Part shown: piece after piece, positions 49,681 to 61,960 of the stretch
Layout of the letters: every line of letters begins with the position of its first letter
Numbering within the stretch: position 1 is the stretch's first letter
Assembly: GCA_976551045.1 (NCBI GenBank)
Contig: CDPCPM010000281.1
Span: forward strand, 2,852,001-2,916,000
DNA: 64,000 nucleotides
Reading direction: 5' to 3'
From: Glaucostegus cemiculus
Lineage: Eukaryota
The notes under the pieces: generated by a model
What the model was told of the DNA's origin: nothing
Seen by the model: only the letters and a program-made list of their open reading frames with translations
Database searches by the model: none
Translations under genes and position numbers: made by a program

Positions 49681-50079
49681 ACAAGCTGGAGAAAAAAATG
49701 AATGTCTGATATAGGGCGGAGACCAAAAAGAAATGGATGATGCAGGTTGGTTACCAACAGCTAATCTCTCTGGAGTAGGTGTAAATGGAGGGAGATGACA
49801 AGGACAGAGGAAAGAAAAAGGGAATAAGTGCTGGAACTGCGAGATAGAGAACGCAATGCAGTAAAACTCTGATAACCTGGCACACTCGAGACTTCATTGG
49901 CACCAGACGGGCAGATTTAATAGATTTTCCCGTGAAGCCAGTGAGCTGAAAGGGAATGCTGGAACTGGGGCCATGGTGAGTTGAAAGGAAGTATGGCAAA
50001 CATCTCCTGGTGAGCGAGATACTGAACCATCAGGATTTCTAAATAGTCAGATGGCAGATTGTAGGAGTTTTACTGTAAT

Positions 50080-50672
50080 TGCTGGAAATTTGAAATAAAG
50101 AGAAAGCTGGACAAGCCCTGTGTAGAGAGAAGGAACATTCTAAGTTGATGACCTTGCATCAGAACTGGGCAGTCTCTCACAAATTAGAAAGATTGGTTAT
50201 CTGAAATTATTGAATGCTGAAGACTTGAGGATTGTAGCTTGCTGGATGGAGAATGAAGTGCTTTTCCTCAGACGCCCTTTGGGTTAAAGTGACAGGTAAC
50301 TGGAAGCTTAGAGTCACCCTTACAGACTGAACAGAGGGACTTTGCAAAGGTGTGACCAAATTAGCATTTGTTTTTTTTCCCCAATATAAAGAAGACAATG
50401 TTGTGCATACTGAATTCACTACACTAAAGTGGGGAAAGTGCATGTGACTTGATGCATCATCAGGAAGGAATGCTTGAGCCCTTGGCTGGTAGGAAAGAAA
50501 GAGGTAAAAGGGCAGATGTTGCACTTGTTGCTGCAAGGGAAGTGGTGTGAGAAGGGGTGTGGTTGATAGATGGAAAACTCAACCAGGGAGTCATGCAGGA
50601 AAGGATCCATCCAAAGGCCGAATAGGGAACTTACTGACTTCTTGAGCATTTCCAGCACTTTGTTTATTCCAG
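50080..50672 (-). mobile_element. Penelope-like element remnant: GIY-YIG endonuclease region flanked by inverted pLTR fragments
   Basis: Minus-strand frameshifted translation FPCSNKCNICPFTS..QGLKHSF..VTCT..LV / CTTLSSLYWGK..QSV resembles the Penelope linker plus GIY-YIG. A hammerhead-like ctgatgc-aaggtcatcaactt-agaat lies at 50135-50163. Confidence 0.75.
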
Positions 50673-50677
50673 AGCAC

Positions 50678-51335
50678 AAGTCAAAGTCGAGTTTATTGTC
50701 ATATGTGCAAGTACATGCATGGACAGGTGCAATGAAAAACTTACTTGCAGCAGCATCACAGGCACATAGCATCAGCGACACAACACTCACAAGATAAACA
50801 AAACATAAATTATACAAGAAATAACACAGAATAAAATAAGTGAAGTCCATTGGACTGCGAAATGATCATAGTGTTGCTATACTGTAGCAATTAGGGTTGT
50901 GCCAGTTGGTTCAAGAACCGAATGGTTGAAGGGAAGCAGCTGTTCTTGAGCCTGGTGGTGTGGAACTTCAGGCTTCTCTACCTTCTGCCTGATGGTCGAG
51001 AAGTTGGCATGGCCTGGATCCTTTCCTCCTTGAGGCAGCACCTCATGTAGATCCTCCCAATGGTGGGGACGGATGTGCCAGTGATTCATTGCGCTGAGTC
51101 CACTACTTTCTATAGCTTCCTGCGATCTTGTGCATTCAAATTGCAGTACCAGACCACGATGCAGTCGGTCAGGATACTTTCAACAGTATATCTGCAAAAG
51201 TTTGGTAGAGTGTTTGGTGATAATCTGAACCTCCTTAACCTTCTAAGAAAGTAAAGGCACTGGCATGCCTTCCTTGTGATTGCATCCAATATGTTAACGC
51301 ATAAGGAATTTAAAGCTGCTGACCCTCTCCGCCAC
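50678..51335 (-). mobile_element. Rex1/Babar-type LINE 3' fragment
   Basis: KACQCLYFLRRLRRFRLSPNTLPNFCRYTVESILTDCIVVWYCNLNAQDRRKL, typical of the Rex1 RT C-terminus. Confidence 0.9.
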
Positions 51336-51669
51336 ATGAGTACTGGTAGCACAATGACCCTAGTGGCTTCAATTCTCCACGGAAACTCATTGATGGTGTC
51401 ATAGCATAAACTTCCAAGAAAGATTTTGCATTTATATAATTATCTTTCATGGCATCCTGATGCACCAAAACATTTTTGAAGAGTAGTCAGCAATGTGATG
51501 AAAGGAGAGGCAGCAAGTAATTTATAGTTAACTCGGTGACGCAATAACAAATAAGTAATAACCAGATTTGGCCAATTAATTGGCTTACACCGGAACCCAA
51601 AAAGAAATGAAAGCTCCATGCATTAACCTATAAGGACCATTCAACGTTGATGATTGTGCTTTAGGATGC

Positions 51670-51945
51670 GATTCAAGCTATCCGGGGGACATCTTGACAG
51701 GTGTTATGATAAAATTGGTTATGAATGGAGAAAATGTTGAGAATCGCATGAGGAGTGGCCTCTGATTATTAACACTACTGTGCCGTTTGAGGGAGGAAAG
51801 GAGGTGGAGATCTTCAGAATCTCCACAGATATGACACAACCAAGTTCTATCTGCCCGGCGCCAAGATAGTAGATCCACCATAATCTTGATTAGAGGCAGA
51901 GCGGGCCTGAAGGGCTGGGTAGCATAATCCTGCTTCTACCTGTTA
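51670..51945 (+). mobile_element. CR1 LINE 3' fragment
   Basis: LSGGHLDRCY-like remnant plus tail cataatcttgattagaggcagagcgggcctgaagggctg. Confidence 0.6.
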
Positions 51946-52234
51946 AGTTTTTAAAATAGCCAAGCTTATTTCTTCAAAATGTTGTGGGTCACGTGTTCCT
52001 TTCCATTACGTGATGTCGCCATTTCTCAATACAGCAGGTCAAAACAGTGCATTTTAAAATTTGCTGTTTGACTTGATTTGTTTTCATCAGAAAAGTGGAA
52101 AGACTTGTTAAGTTGGCACATGATCACAATTTCTCCCCACATATTAGGGAAGCACCTGGATTTGGCAACTTGTAGTGTTGGACCCTGGAGTGTAAGCAAC
52201 TCATTTAAGTATTCTCCTCCATGTCTCAATGGGT

Positions 52235-52840
52235 AACATTTTTGCCTCTGAGTTGGAAAGTTCCAGTCCCACCTCGATGACTTGAGCATAAGATATCTTG
52301 ACTGTCACCCCAGTGTAGTACTGAGGGAATGTGGTGTTGTTGGAGATACCACCTTTCAGATGAACCATTAAGCAGAGGCTCACCTATTCCACCAGGTGAC
52401 ACTATTTGAAGTCAGGAAGTGCACCGAACTCTTTTCATTTGGCCACATTTTGCCTCAGTGGATGTCACTAAGGTTAATGAATTTTTTTAAAAAAACTACA
52501 AATGCTGGAAATCTGAAATAAAATCTGAAAATGCTAGAAACACACAGCAGGTCAGACACCATCTGTAAAAAAAAACTTAATTGGGAAAAAAAGGGCCCTT
52601 GACATTAAACAATAACTCAATTTCTCTTTCCACAGATGCTGCCTGACCTGATTTGTTTAAAGCGCATTGTTTTTGTCAATACAGCTGATGATTAAAACAT
52701 TACCACAGTTTATAGGAGCTTGTTCTGTTCAATTTAATTGTTGTGTTTCCTCCATTAAAATTCTTGTTATACTTCATTGGCTGTAAAATATTTTGGAACA
52801 TGCTGAGGTTATGACAGATACTATAGAAATCAAAGTCTTA
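52235..52840 (+). mobile_element. DeuSINE (SacSINE1-like), interrupted by a Penelope-derived hairpin element at about 52495-52675
   Basis: ttgcctctgag..gttccagtcccac..gacttgagca..ccagtgtagtactgagggaatg..ctttcagatga; tail tacttcattggctgtaaaatattttggaacatgctgaggttatga. Confidence 0.75.
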
Positions 52841-52934
52841 CTAACCTCTCCACTTTTCCCATAACTGTTCCATTCCCTGCTTTATTTAATGTGCAATTAC
52901 TGATCAATCGTATGTTTGTGGTATGCATTAACAG

Positions 52935-53070
52935 ATAATCCAGCAAGCTGGGCAAGTTTGGTTCCCTGACTCTGCCTTCAAAACTGCTCAAGCCATTAAG
53001 GACCTGAATCGAGAAGGGCTTCCACTGATGGTGTTTGCCAATTGGCGAGGTTTCTCTGGTGGAATGAAAG
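52935..53070 (+). CDS. ACACA: ACACA exon ([45 protein letters not shown])
   Basis: aacag|ATA acceptor, G|gtaaag donor, 136 nt, phase 0-1; ANWRGFSGG motif. Confidence 0.97.
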
Positions 53071-53365
53071 GTAAAGAGATTAAAGTGATATGTTTCCAAA
53101 TTTGCTTGCCTCAAAGGGCTATGCCCTCCATATTTTACTGCAGCAGGGAGAGAGGCATTTTCAAGCACAGTGCCTCCTCACCATAGTTCATACAGTTCAG
53201 AGGTTACACAAAGTTGCTGCCATGAAGCACTTGGTCTAGTGGTTGTACAGTAATCAATTTTGACCCACTGGCAGTCATACCTTTTGCATGCTCAGATGTA
53301 TGTGATTTGAACTTGGCGAAGCCAGAGCTGTAACCAGTTCAAGAAGGCAAGCTAATCTCCTGCAA

Positions 53366-53463
53366 TCGAGTCCTGATAAAGGGTCTCGACCTGAAACATC
53401 AACTAACCCTCTGCCTCCACAGATGCTGTCTGACCTGCTGAGGTCCTTCAGTAGTTTCTTTTA
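53366..53463 (+). mobile_element. Short Penelope-derived insertion starting with a near-intact minimal hammerhead core; perfect 12-bp TSD
   Basis: AATCTCCTGCAA at 53354-53365 and 53464-53475; agtc-CTGATAA-a-gggt-ctcg-acct-GAAA-c-atc-aact at 53369-53404. Confidence 0.85.
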
Positions 53464-54719
53464 AATCTCCTGCAAGATCTTTAACTGGCTATTCTGCATT
53501 CTTTGCGGTGAGAGTCCATGCAGTATGATGTGACTAATTTTTAAAATTTTTAGTAATGATGATGCAGTCCTTCTAGAACATGTCCACAGGCTCTTTAAAT
53601 TTGGAATTGCTGTAACTGGCGAGTTCAGTAGGTGCAGTATTTTTGTAGTTTAACTTCAACTGTTAAAGCAGCACACACAGTCTGACGCAAATGTTATCGG
53701 AGCTCCTTGGAATGATCAATCAATCACAGCTTTGACAGACTTTGTATTCTCTTCACTTGCATTAGTTTTCAAAGCTATGAGTCTGGATTATACCAGAGGA
53801 AAGTGTATTTTCAAATTATAAACTAAAAAAACCCATAGTTATAATGTTCATCAATGCCACTGTTTAAATATTTTTATATTAAAAATAATGTTCCCTTGGT
53901 GAGACGACACCTTGATAGGAGGTTCTGAGACAGATACTTCCACTTCAAACGTTTAATAAATCATAGTATTTTTAAATGCTTCAGAAACATTTTTATTGAA
54001 ATCTTATTTTATACTTCAAAATGTGCAGGAGGTTCTTTCAAGGAATCTGATGATAGTGTGCCTTTAAGCCCCCTTATACAGTCTCAGAAAATAAAACATC
54101 AACATTGCAAGGATCCGGTCTGTGAGACTGTTTGGCACAATAACTCCTTGTAAGTGAATGGAGTGATGTGTGCATGCAGTTTCTCCCTTAGCACCACTTT
54201 GATTATTCATGGGGATGGGAGGGGGTGCAGTGCTGTGGAGGGAGGAAGAAAATAAACAATTACACCATTCTTCAGTGAACACACACGGCAAGGAGTCAAT
54301 TGGATGGTGGGTAAAACATCTCAGAAATCGTGTGTAATGAGTAGGAAAAGATTAGACGCAGTTCTTGCTATGCTGAAAATTGACATTAGCAAAAACTCTT
54401 TACTAGACGACCTAGGAGGTCCAATTCAAGTTGGATAAAAAGCACATACAGATACGTTTGGATTGGTCTTCTGCACATTTTTATGTAGCTGGAAAGATTA
54501 TCAAGATAATGCAAAATTAAATTATAAAACTCGCTGAATATTTAGTTGGGGGGTATCCATATGCTAGGGTTTAGTGAGGCAGGCCAGCAGTGACCCACAA
54601 CAGTAAGAAATCAGCCGTGAAATTTACCAGAAATTAACACCAGGGTCGTTGTCTCAGCATGAGTGGTTTGATAGGATGCGAATCTCTGTGAAATTAACCA
54701 CTCTGTTCTTCCCCTCCAG

Positions 54720-54897
54720 ACATGTATGATCAAGTACTAAAGTTTGGTGCGTACATTGTCGATGGGTTGCGAGAGTACAGGCAGCCTGTGCTCGTGTACA
54801 TCCCCCCACACGCAGAACTGCGAGGTGGCTCGTGGGTAGTCATTGACACCACCATCAACCCCAGGCACATGGAGATGTATGCAGACAAGGAAAGCAG
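54720..54897 (+). CDS. ACACA: ACACA exon ([60 protein letters not shown])
   Basis: ctccag|AC acceptor, AG|gtacag donor, 178 nt, phase 1-2; ELRGGSWVV motif. Confidence 0.97.
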
Positions 54898-56512
54898 GTA
54901 CAGAAATCGACTCTGTCCACGATGTTAGTTAACTCTTTCATTTCTCCTCAGCCATTTGCAGTTTCATTTAAACGGATGTCTAATAAGTATGACATAGACT
55001 GGTGTCTGCTGAAATATTTCTTTTGAACTACAAGCAATTACTTCACTATCTCCAAACACAGTTAAAACCAACCCAGTACACCGTATGAAGCAGAGTGGGG
55101 AAAAAAGATATAACTATCCCCGCTCACTGATGTTACTCAGTTGATTGCAGATGACTACCAACCGTTTGTATTAACAAGATTCAGCCTCTTACAAAATTAT
55201 TACTGCTGAGTAGCTGAAATCCAAGAAATGAAAGGTTTTGTTCCTATGGGTTAAAGAGTCATTTTTATTTTATGTAGGTCTTTCTAAATTTCGAATTGAC
55301 TTTCTGCAGACACACCATATGAAGAATGGGTGCTTAAGAATGGTACTTTCACATGGTCAACACTACAAGGAGATGGGGGGAGGGGATAGTTCTCACTTCA
55401 GTTCCATGAATATTCTTTGCATCTTCCATCCCTCACTGGAAATTTCTTGCAAATCCATAGTTATGGATACTTTGTGATAGGATCACTAGATGCAAGTCAG
55501 AGCCTCCTGGTATTGAACCCGTTCAGTCTGACCTCAGAATTTCTCCACACGATGAGGGACACTGGCCTTGTGTACAAGGTGCTTTCACCACATTATATAA
55601 GCAAATTTAAATCTCTCTGAATTAAATATAATCGTATTTTGCCTTTACATATTTTTTTTCTCATCCTGGTATAAAATCGTCGATAGTTGTGTAACCAAGA
55701 TTGTAAGTGAGCTGCTCTCAAGTTGGCTACTTCATTCCCCATTTTATATTGCTTTTAGTCCACCTGCCTGTAAGAATAGTTTGTAACTTGAGGCACAAAA
55801 CGTGCTTGCAAGGTGTCTGTAGATAGTGATCGTCATGGATACAAAAGCAATATAAAAGGGGGTCAGAGTGATTTGCCTTTTTTATTTGCTGTTTCCTACC
55901 ATGCCCCACCCTACCTCTCATATGGACACACCTTTAGATATGAATTTCACCCCCAACCTATTTTTACTCTCTTCCTCCCATCTGTGTTGACTATAGCATT
56001 CCCCTGTCAAGTTGTCATATGACCACAATGTCACCATGGTGAAACCCAAAATGTCTATCACAGATAGTTTTTCTGCCATTTAATGCCATCAATATGGATT
56101 TTTTTTGGGTGGCTTTAATTTAGGCCTATTCTTTAATCAAATACAGATGCTTGTTATTTCATTTCTAGTACTGTCCCTCACATCTTCTGTAGAGGACAAT
56201 CAACCATGGAACCTTTGAGTATGGTTTGGCATAGGTACGCTGAGCAGAAATTGCCACTAATTATCTCCCTTCAAATCTTATCAAATAATATTTGCATGTT
56301 TCTAAGACCTGGGGCAACTAAGGTACTTGCAAAGGAAACCATAACCTCACCACCCCAGGCACAGATCTAAGAGTGATGTCTTTATTTATTGAGATCCAAG
56401 CTATATTGGTGTGTATATTTTTTAAAAGAATATGCTGAGATTTTGTGACTTTTAATTTATGTCTTGAATAATTGCATGGTTAATTAGCCTGTAAATGGGT
56501 TTTACTTATCAG

Positions 56513-56625
56513 AGGTGGTGTACTGGAGCCAGAGGGGACAGTAGAGATCAAATTCCGGAAAAAAGACTTGGTGAAAACAATGCGAAGGGTGGACCCTGTG
56601 TACATGAACCTGGCTGAGCGTTTGG
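56513..56625 (+). CDS. ACACA: ACACA exon ([38 protein letters not shown])
   Basis: tatcag|A acceptor, G|gtacgt donor, 113 nt, phase 2-1. The next exon (GTPEL...) was not found before 64000. Confidence 0.97.
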
Positions 56626-57329
56626 GTACGTGCAGTTTAATTTCTATCAACCTTCCTCCCACTCCCCGCCCCCCCACACCAACAAAGTTTTGTATAGCTT
56701 AATGCTTGAACCTGTGAAGTGCCTTAATATGGATGGTTGGTCTCGTATTTAAATTTGTTCTGCGATTCATTAATGCACTGTAGCTTTTATTTATTTATTA
56801 TTTTAAATCAGTCTCTCACAGTTTAATTTGATTACAGCCTGGAGGTTACAGGCCTCGAGGCTCAACTTGAGCTCATTTATGAGATTGTGATCTGTATGAT
56901 CTACTGTCATGGTTACCAAATCTAAATTAACAGGCAATTAATTTTTTTTACTGCCCAATCAATTTACTTTGCTTCACTTTTGAGCATCCCGTGCCTTTTA
57001 GAACATCACTGCCCCTGTCCAAAAAAATTAGAATGGTGATGCTTACTGATGTCCAGCAGTGCAGCCACTGAATTTAATCGATGGGTGAGTGAGACCCTAA
57101 TGTCACTTCCTGATTCTTCCCTTGCTTTTTATGTGGAAGTTCCTGGCCTCGACCCACTCCTTTCCCCAGCAAAATTGGCAAGATCAGGTGCTCCCTTTTA
57201 GATACAGTCAGTGAGTTATTAAGCCCGGTAAATCGGGAAGGCCTTAGGTTTTAATCAGAATAGTACATCAGGAGGACTATGCTGGATGTGCTTCACTTTG
57301 CTTTAGCCTTTTCCATGAGAAGTTTAACC

Positions 57330-57805
57330 ATGTATAGTTCTGACTGCTTTTTTTGAAAAGGATGTCGAGGCATCGGAAATGGTGCAATAAAGATTTACCA
57401 GAAACACAAGGTTAAACAGTTAGAAAAGAATAATAAGGCTGTCTCTTTTCACTCTAAGTGGGCATAAGCACAGGATTAACCTGGCTGGGGACTTTAAAGC
57501 ATGAAAATTATTTCCACTCATTGGGAAGAACAAAATGAAAGGCTATCGATACAAGATGGTCAGCAAGAAATCAGATGGCGACCGTTCAGAAGAAACTTCC
57601 TTATTCAGTGGTCAGAGTGCAGAACTCACTGATACAGGGACTAGTTGAGGTGATTAAAGTAGATGCATTTAAGGTGAAGCTTGATAAATGTATGAGGTAA
57701 ATGGGGATAGAGCGCTTTGCAGATAATTGTGTGAGTAAGGATGGGAGGGAGAATGTGAATTATAAAGGCTTGAATAGTCTATTTCTGTGCTGTGTATTCT
57801 GTGTG
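57330..57805 (+). mobile_element. CR1 LINE 3' fragment
   Basis: KDVEASEMVQ*RFTR-like remnant; gcatttaaggtgaagcttgataa; tail tgaatagtctatttctgtgctgtg. Confidence 0.7.
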
Positions 57806-59179
57806 AACAAGAGGTACATTTTACGCAACATGATAAAAGGAACATTCTGCACAATGCCACGGTGAATTGATGGGTTGTTTTTTTTTGTTGTTTATTTACT
57901 TTGAACACTTAGTGAAAAGAAAATCCTTCAAAAATGATAGCTGTCCTTTCAAACTGCAGTTTGAGCTCTAAGCAAGCAAAAGAGCTTGTCACTTGGAACA
58001 ACTTGTATCTGAAGAGCCATAAAAGCATTAGCTGTTGATAAAGACCTCAGTTGGATGAGTCATAATTGTGCCCAACAAAGAATTTGATTGTTAAAAACGC
58101 AGCCTAATGGAAGGAGAAAAGCTTTTGGAGCTTCGCAGAAACCCTCTCACACAAAGCATTGCATAATTTTACTTTTATGGCTAATTTAAGATTTTTTTCA
58201 AACTCCTGGTTATTATGGATCACTGGTCTTTGATGTTTACTTCACTCCATTTGCCACAAACAAGCAGTTAGGCTGAGGTTCCTGCTGACTCCAGCAGAAG
58301 CTGTGTCGACTCCATTTGTCTCTCACCGCACACTTCAGGCTTGCTGATTATTAAAGAGAATTTCACAGTCATTTAACTCTTGAAAGACTGAGGACAATGG
58401 TATCTGTTACGAATCATCTTGCGAAAATTCTACACAGGTAACTTGTTGTTAAAAGAAAGATGATCAGGAATATGCTACATGGGGAATTGCAACAGTAACT
58501 TTTATTAATTTAGCTTCTTTAACATTGCTGTGAGCAAACAAAAGTTTAATGTTGATGTGCATTAGGTGAGATTAAGGCAGAGAACCAATAGCTTGGTTTT
58601 TGTCTAAAAGGAGAAAAAAGAGAATGCAAGGTTTAGGGAGATAATTTTGCAATAGGAACTCTGGTAACTTAAGAAATGGCCCCAAATGATGAACAACATT
58701 TGGACACAATCAGGTTGACAGATCTGAAGGAGTGTAGAGATCGAGTGTTGTAGCAGCTGAGGAGATGAGATATTTTGTTGTACTTGGACCTGCAGTGAAT
58801 CAGTCAATGACACAGGATTTGGAAGCCTGAACTTGGTTCTCCCACACTTCACTTGAGCATGAACACACTTTCATTGGCCATGCAGTGTAATGCTGGAAAA
58901 TGCTTGGCTCCTGAAAAGCGAGCCACCTGGTTTAGTGCAGATCCCTTTCCTTTGCCCCAGTGGTGAAATTCTAGGACACTCAATGCCCAAGCCTCATACA
59001 TGTTCAAATAGGTTTTACTTGCTTTGTGAACCAGCACCCTTCCATCTCAACAGGAAGAAATCATTTGGGCTGAAGATGGTTGGAAAGTTGATTGAGGGTG
59101 GAGAGTAGGATACAGGCCTGATCTTTGTGTGTCAGGCAGACTCTGAGGATGGGCTGTGGGTGTGGAACCAAACGCTGAG

Positions 59180-59265
59180 AAAACTGGTGCAGGGTCTCTG
59201 TCCAAAACGTCAATTATCCCTTTGCCTCTTGACCTGCCGAGTTCCTTCAGCAGTTGTTTCTTGCA
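59180..59265 (+). mobile_element. Penelope-derived element half with decayed hammerhead core
   Basis: ctggtgc-agggtctctgtcc-aaaacgtc...gacctgccgagttccttcagcag. Confidence 0.55.
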
Positions 59266-59674
59266 CTAGGAAATCTATTGAAAGATGAACCCACTTGGAA
59301 CATAATGAATGTCTCAGACTCCCTGGCAATGAACTAGATAAGATCAGGCCCCCAGGAACCACTGTCAAAAGTAGTCTTAACACCCAGGTTGAAGTCTGCT
59401 TTGTTGTGTGACATCTGCCCCTTCTACAGGTCACTCTGTGCAGGGAAATTTACTGCAAGTGGCCTCAAAACGTAGTTGAATACCATTTGACCTAATTGTG
59501 CAAGCCCATTGGTCTCTTTGTGAATGTTTATTAAATATGCTGAGAGCCAGAGCAAAAATATGTAATCATTCTTTGATAAAATTCAATCTTGTAGCACCCA
59601 AAATTAATTTCAGTCATTGTGTATAGAGGAGACATCGCATTGAATGTGAAACAGAAGATTAGAATTCTTAGCCT

Positions 59675-59955
59675 CAGTCGTACAACAGAGCCACAGGGCC
59701 TTTGGCCCACCATGTCTGTGCTGACCATCAGGTAGCTGGTCTAATCCCCTTTGCCAGCACTTGATCTGTAACCAGCTGTGCCTTGGCAATTCAAGTGCTT
59801 GTCTGGATGCTGCTTAAATGTTGTGGGAGTACCTGTGAGCAAGGTGATCCAGATCTCAGTCCCCCCAAAAAATTCTTCCTTAGAACTCCCTTAACCTCTT
59901 GCTCCTCACCTGAACTCCATGTCCTCTCGTCTGAAACACCTCAGCCATAGGGACC
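59675..59955 (-). mobile_element. CR1/HER1 3' fragment
   Basis: acagggcctttggcccaccatgtctgtgctgacc...ttcaagtgcttgtct...ccatgtcctctcgt. Confidence 0.75.
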
Positions 59956-60099
59956 AATTTATTCGAGCTTTTGTTTGGCATTAGACTTCCCTCCTTACAG
60001 TTACTATTTCCAGTCCTTCCCCCTGAACAAAGCCTACTTTATTCTTATATTTGTCAGAACTCATTTGTAACATTGTTCTAAATGTGATTTTTTTTCTCT

Positions 60100-60225
60100 T
60101 AGATGTATGAATGATAGAGAAGTGGAGGTCTGTGTGGGAGGGAAGGGTTAGCTAGATCGAAGAGCAGGATAAAATGTCGGCATAATGTTGTGAGCAGATA
60201 GGCCTGTGCTGTAATGTTCTATAGT
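60100..60225 (+). mobile_element. CR1/HER1 3' tail
   Basis: agaagtggagg..gggaagggttag..tcggcataatgttgtgagcagataggcctgtgctgtaatgttcta. Confidence 0.65.
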
Positions 60226-61077
60226 AAAGGTTGCCTCTGGTAACCTTGCCAACTCTGGCTACTCTGGGGGTCAAGAGCCTGAGATGATTTTGTTTGCTGC
60301 CAATGGGTTCATTTAAGGTAGTTAATTACAATGGAATGTTTCAATTGGCTGGCCAGCGCACGCCAGTTCTCAGGAGTGTCCCATACACTTTGAACACAAT
60401 ATTTAAACTGTTAGTCAGAGACAAACATGCATGACTTCAGTGTGGGAAGGCTTCTCAATAAGATGATGAAAATTCTGAGCTCTTCAGCTTTGTATCCTCC
60501 CTGGTGGAAGTTCAGCAGTTCTTACACCACAGTGGAAAAAACGATTGCTGTTGGAAGGTATGAGTGCAGACGTATTTTGGGTGTCAAGTGAAACCCATAT
60601 TTCATCCCATTTCTCACAGTCTGGCTTATTAGTCTTGGTTTTGAAAGGTAGTTGTCCTATAACCAAGTGGTCATCATGACCAAATTTCTGCCTGTTAAGT
60701 AAGGTTTGTAACTGATCGTGTCGTGCACACTGAACTCGTAGGCCAGTGTTCTGAGGTGAATTAGGTCATGCCAACAGCAGTGATGTTAAGGACCGTATGA
60801 GACCCTACCCTCCCTCAGAAAGAAAGGGGATCAAGCCAACTCTCCCACTTCAGATCGCTGGGTTGTAATTTTCATCATTGCTCCTCGCACATGGAGAATG
60901 GCCATTTGTTCATGAGGTATCAGGAAGTGACTAAAGGCAAGGACAGAAGCTTCCAGAACAATGTAAAAAGAAAAAAAAACTTCAATTTAAAGAGGAAAGA
61001 CTTAAAATTTAAGGCTTCCTCGGTAGACTTGTGAGAAAAGAAACCTCTAAAGGACAGTGTTCAATAAAATAGTGGTT

Positions 61078-61960
61078 ACAGTTGAGTTAGTTGTCATATG
61101 CACAAGGGCATGTATGCACAGGTGCAATGAAAAACCTATTTGTAGCAACATCACAGGCACAAAGCAGCATTCGCAAGAAAAGTATAAATTAATAATGTTC
61201 TCAATTTTTACAAGAAAGCACAATTAAAAAAAGTCCATTTTAGTGTAAAGTGATCAAAGTGGTCATAATGTTGCTATACTGAGGTAGTGATCGGGGTTGT
61301 GCAGGTTGGTTCAGGAATGGAATGGTTGAAGGGAAGTAGCTGTTCTTGAACCTGATGGTGTGGGAAATCCATCTTCTGTATCTCCTGCCCGATAGCATCT
61401 ACAAGAAGATGGCATGACCCAGATCATGGGAGTCTTTGATGATGGATGTTGCCTTCTTGAGGCAGCGCCTCCTCTAGATGCTACCAATGGTGGGGAGGGA
61501 TGTTCCTGTGATGTATTGGGCTGAGTCAACTACTCTCTGCAGCTTCTTGTGTTCCTACGCATTCAAATTGCCATACCAGACCATGATGCAACTGGTAAGG
61601 ATACTTTCAACAGTGCATCTGTGGAATTTTGTGTTTTGTGATGTGCTGAACTTCCCAAGAAAGTAAAGGCACTGGTGTACCTTCCTTGTGATTGCATCTA
61701 TCTGCTGGGCCCAGGACAGGACATCCGATGTGTTAATGCTCAGGAATTTAAAGCTGCTGACTCTCTCCGCTGCCTGTTCCCCCAAGGTACTCTGGTGCAT
61801 GTTCGCCACCCCCCCACCCTTCCCCTTCCTGAAGTCAACAATCAGCTCCTTAGTTCTACTGACATTGGGCGAGAGGTTATTGTGGCACCACTCAACCAGG
61901 TGTCCTATCTACATTGATTTGTCTAACAATAGTGATGTTGTCAGTGAATTTGTATATGCC
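61078..61960 (-). mobile_element. Rex1/Babar-type LINE 3' fragment
   Basis: ERVSSFKFLSINTSDVLSWAQQIDAITRKVHQCLYFL...TVESILTSCIMVWYGN. Confidence 0.9.

Noticed and set aside
50419-50850. 143-aa minus-strand ORF
   Set aside because: Chimeric read-through of a Rex1 3' UTR into a decayed Penelope fragment.
2743-56625. Assignment to ACACB (ACC2)
   Set aside because: Diagnostic residues ([64 protein letters not shown]) follow ACC1.
58620-59180. Possible Penelope 5' ORF remnant on the minus strand next to the element at 59180
   Set aside because: Only a few residues of similarity by eye; cannot be supported without alignment.
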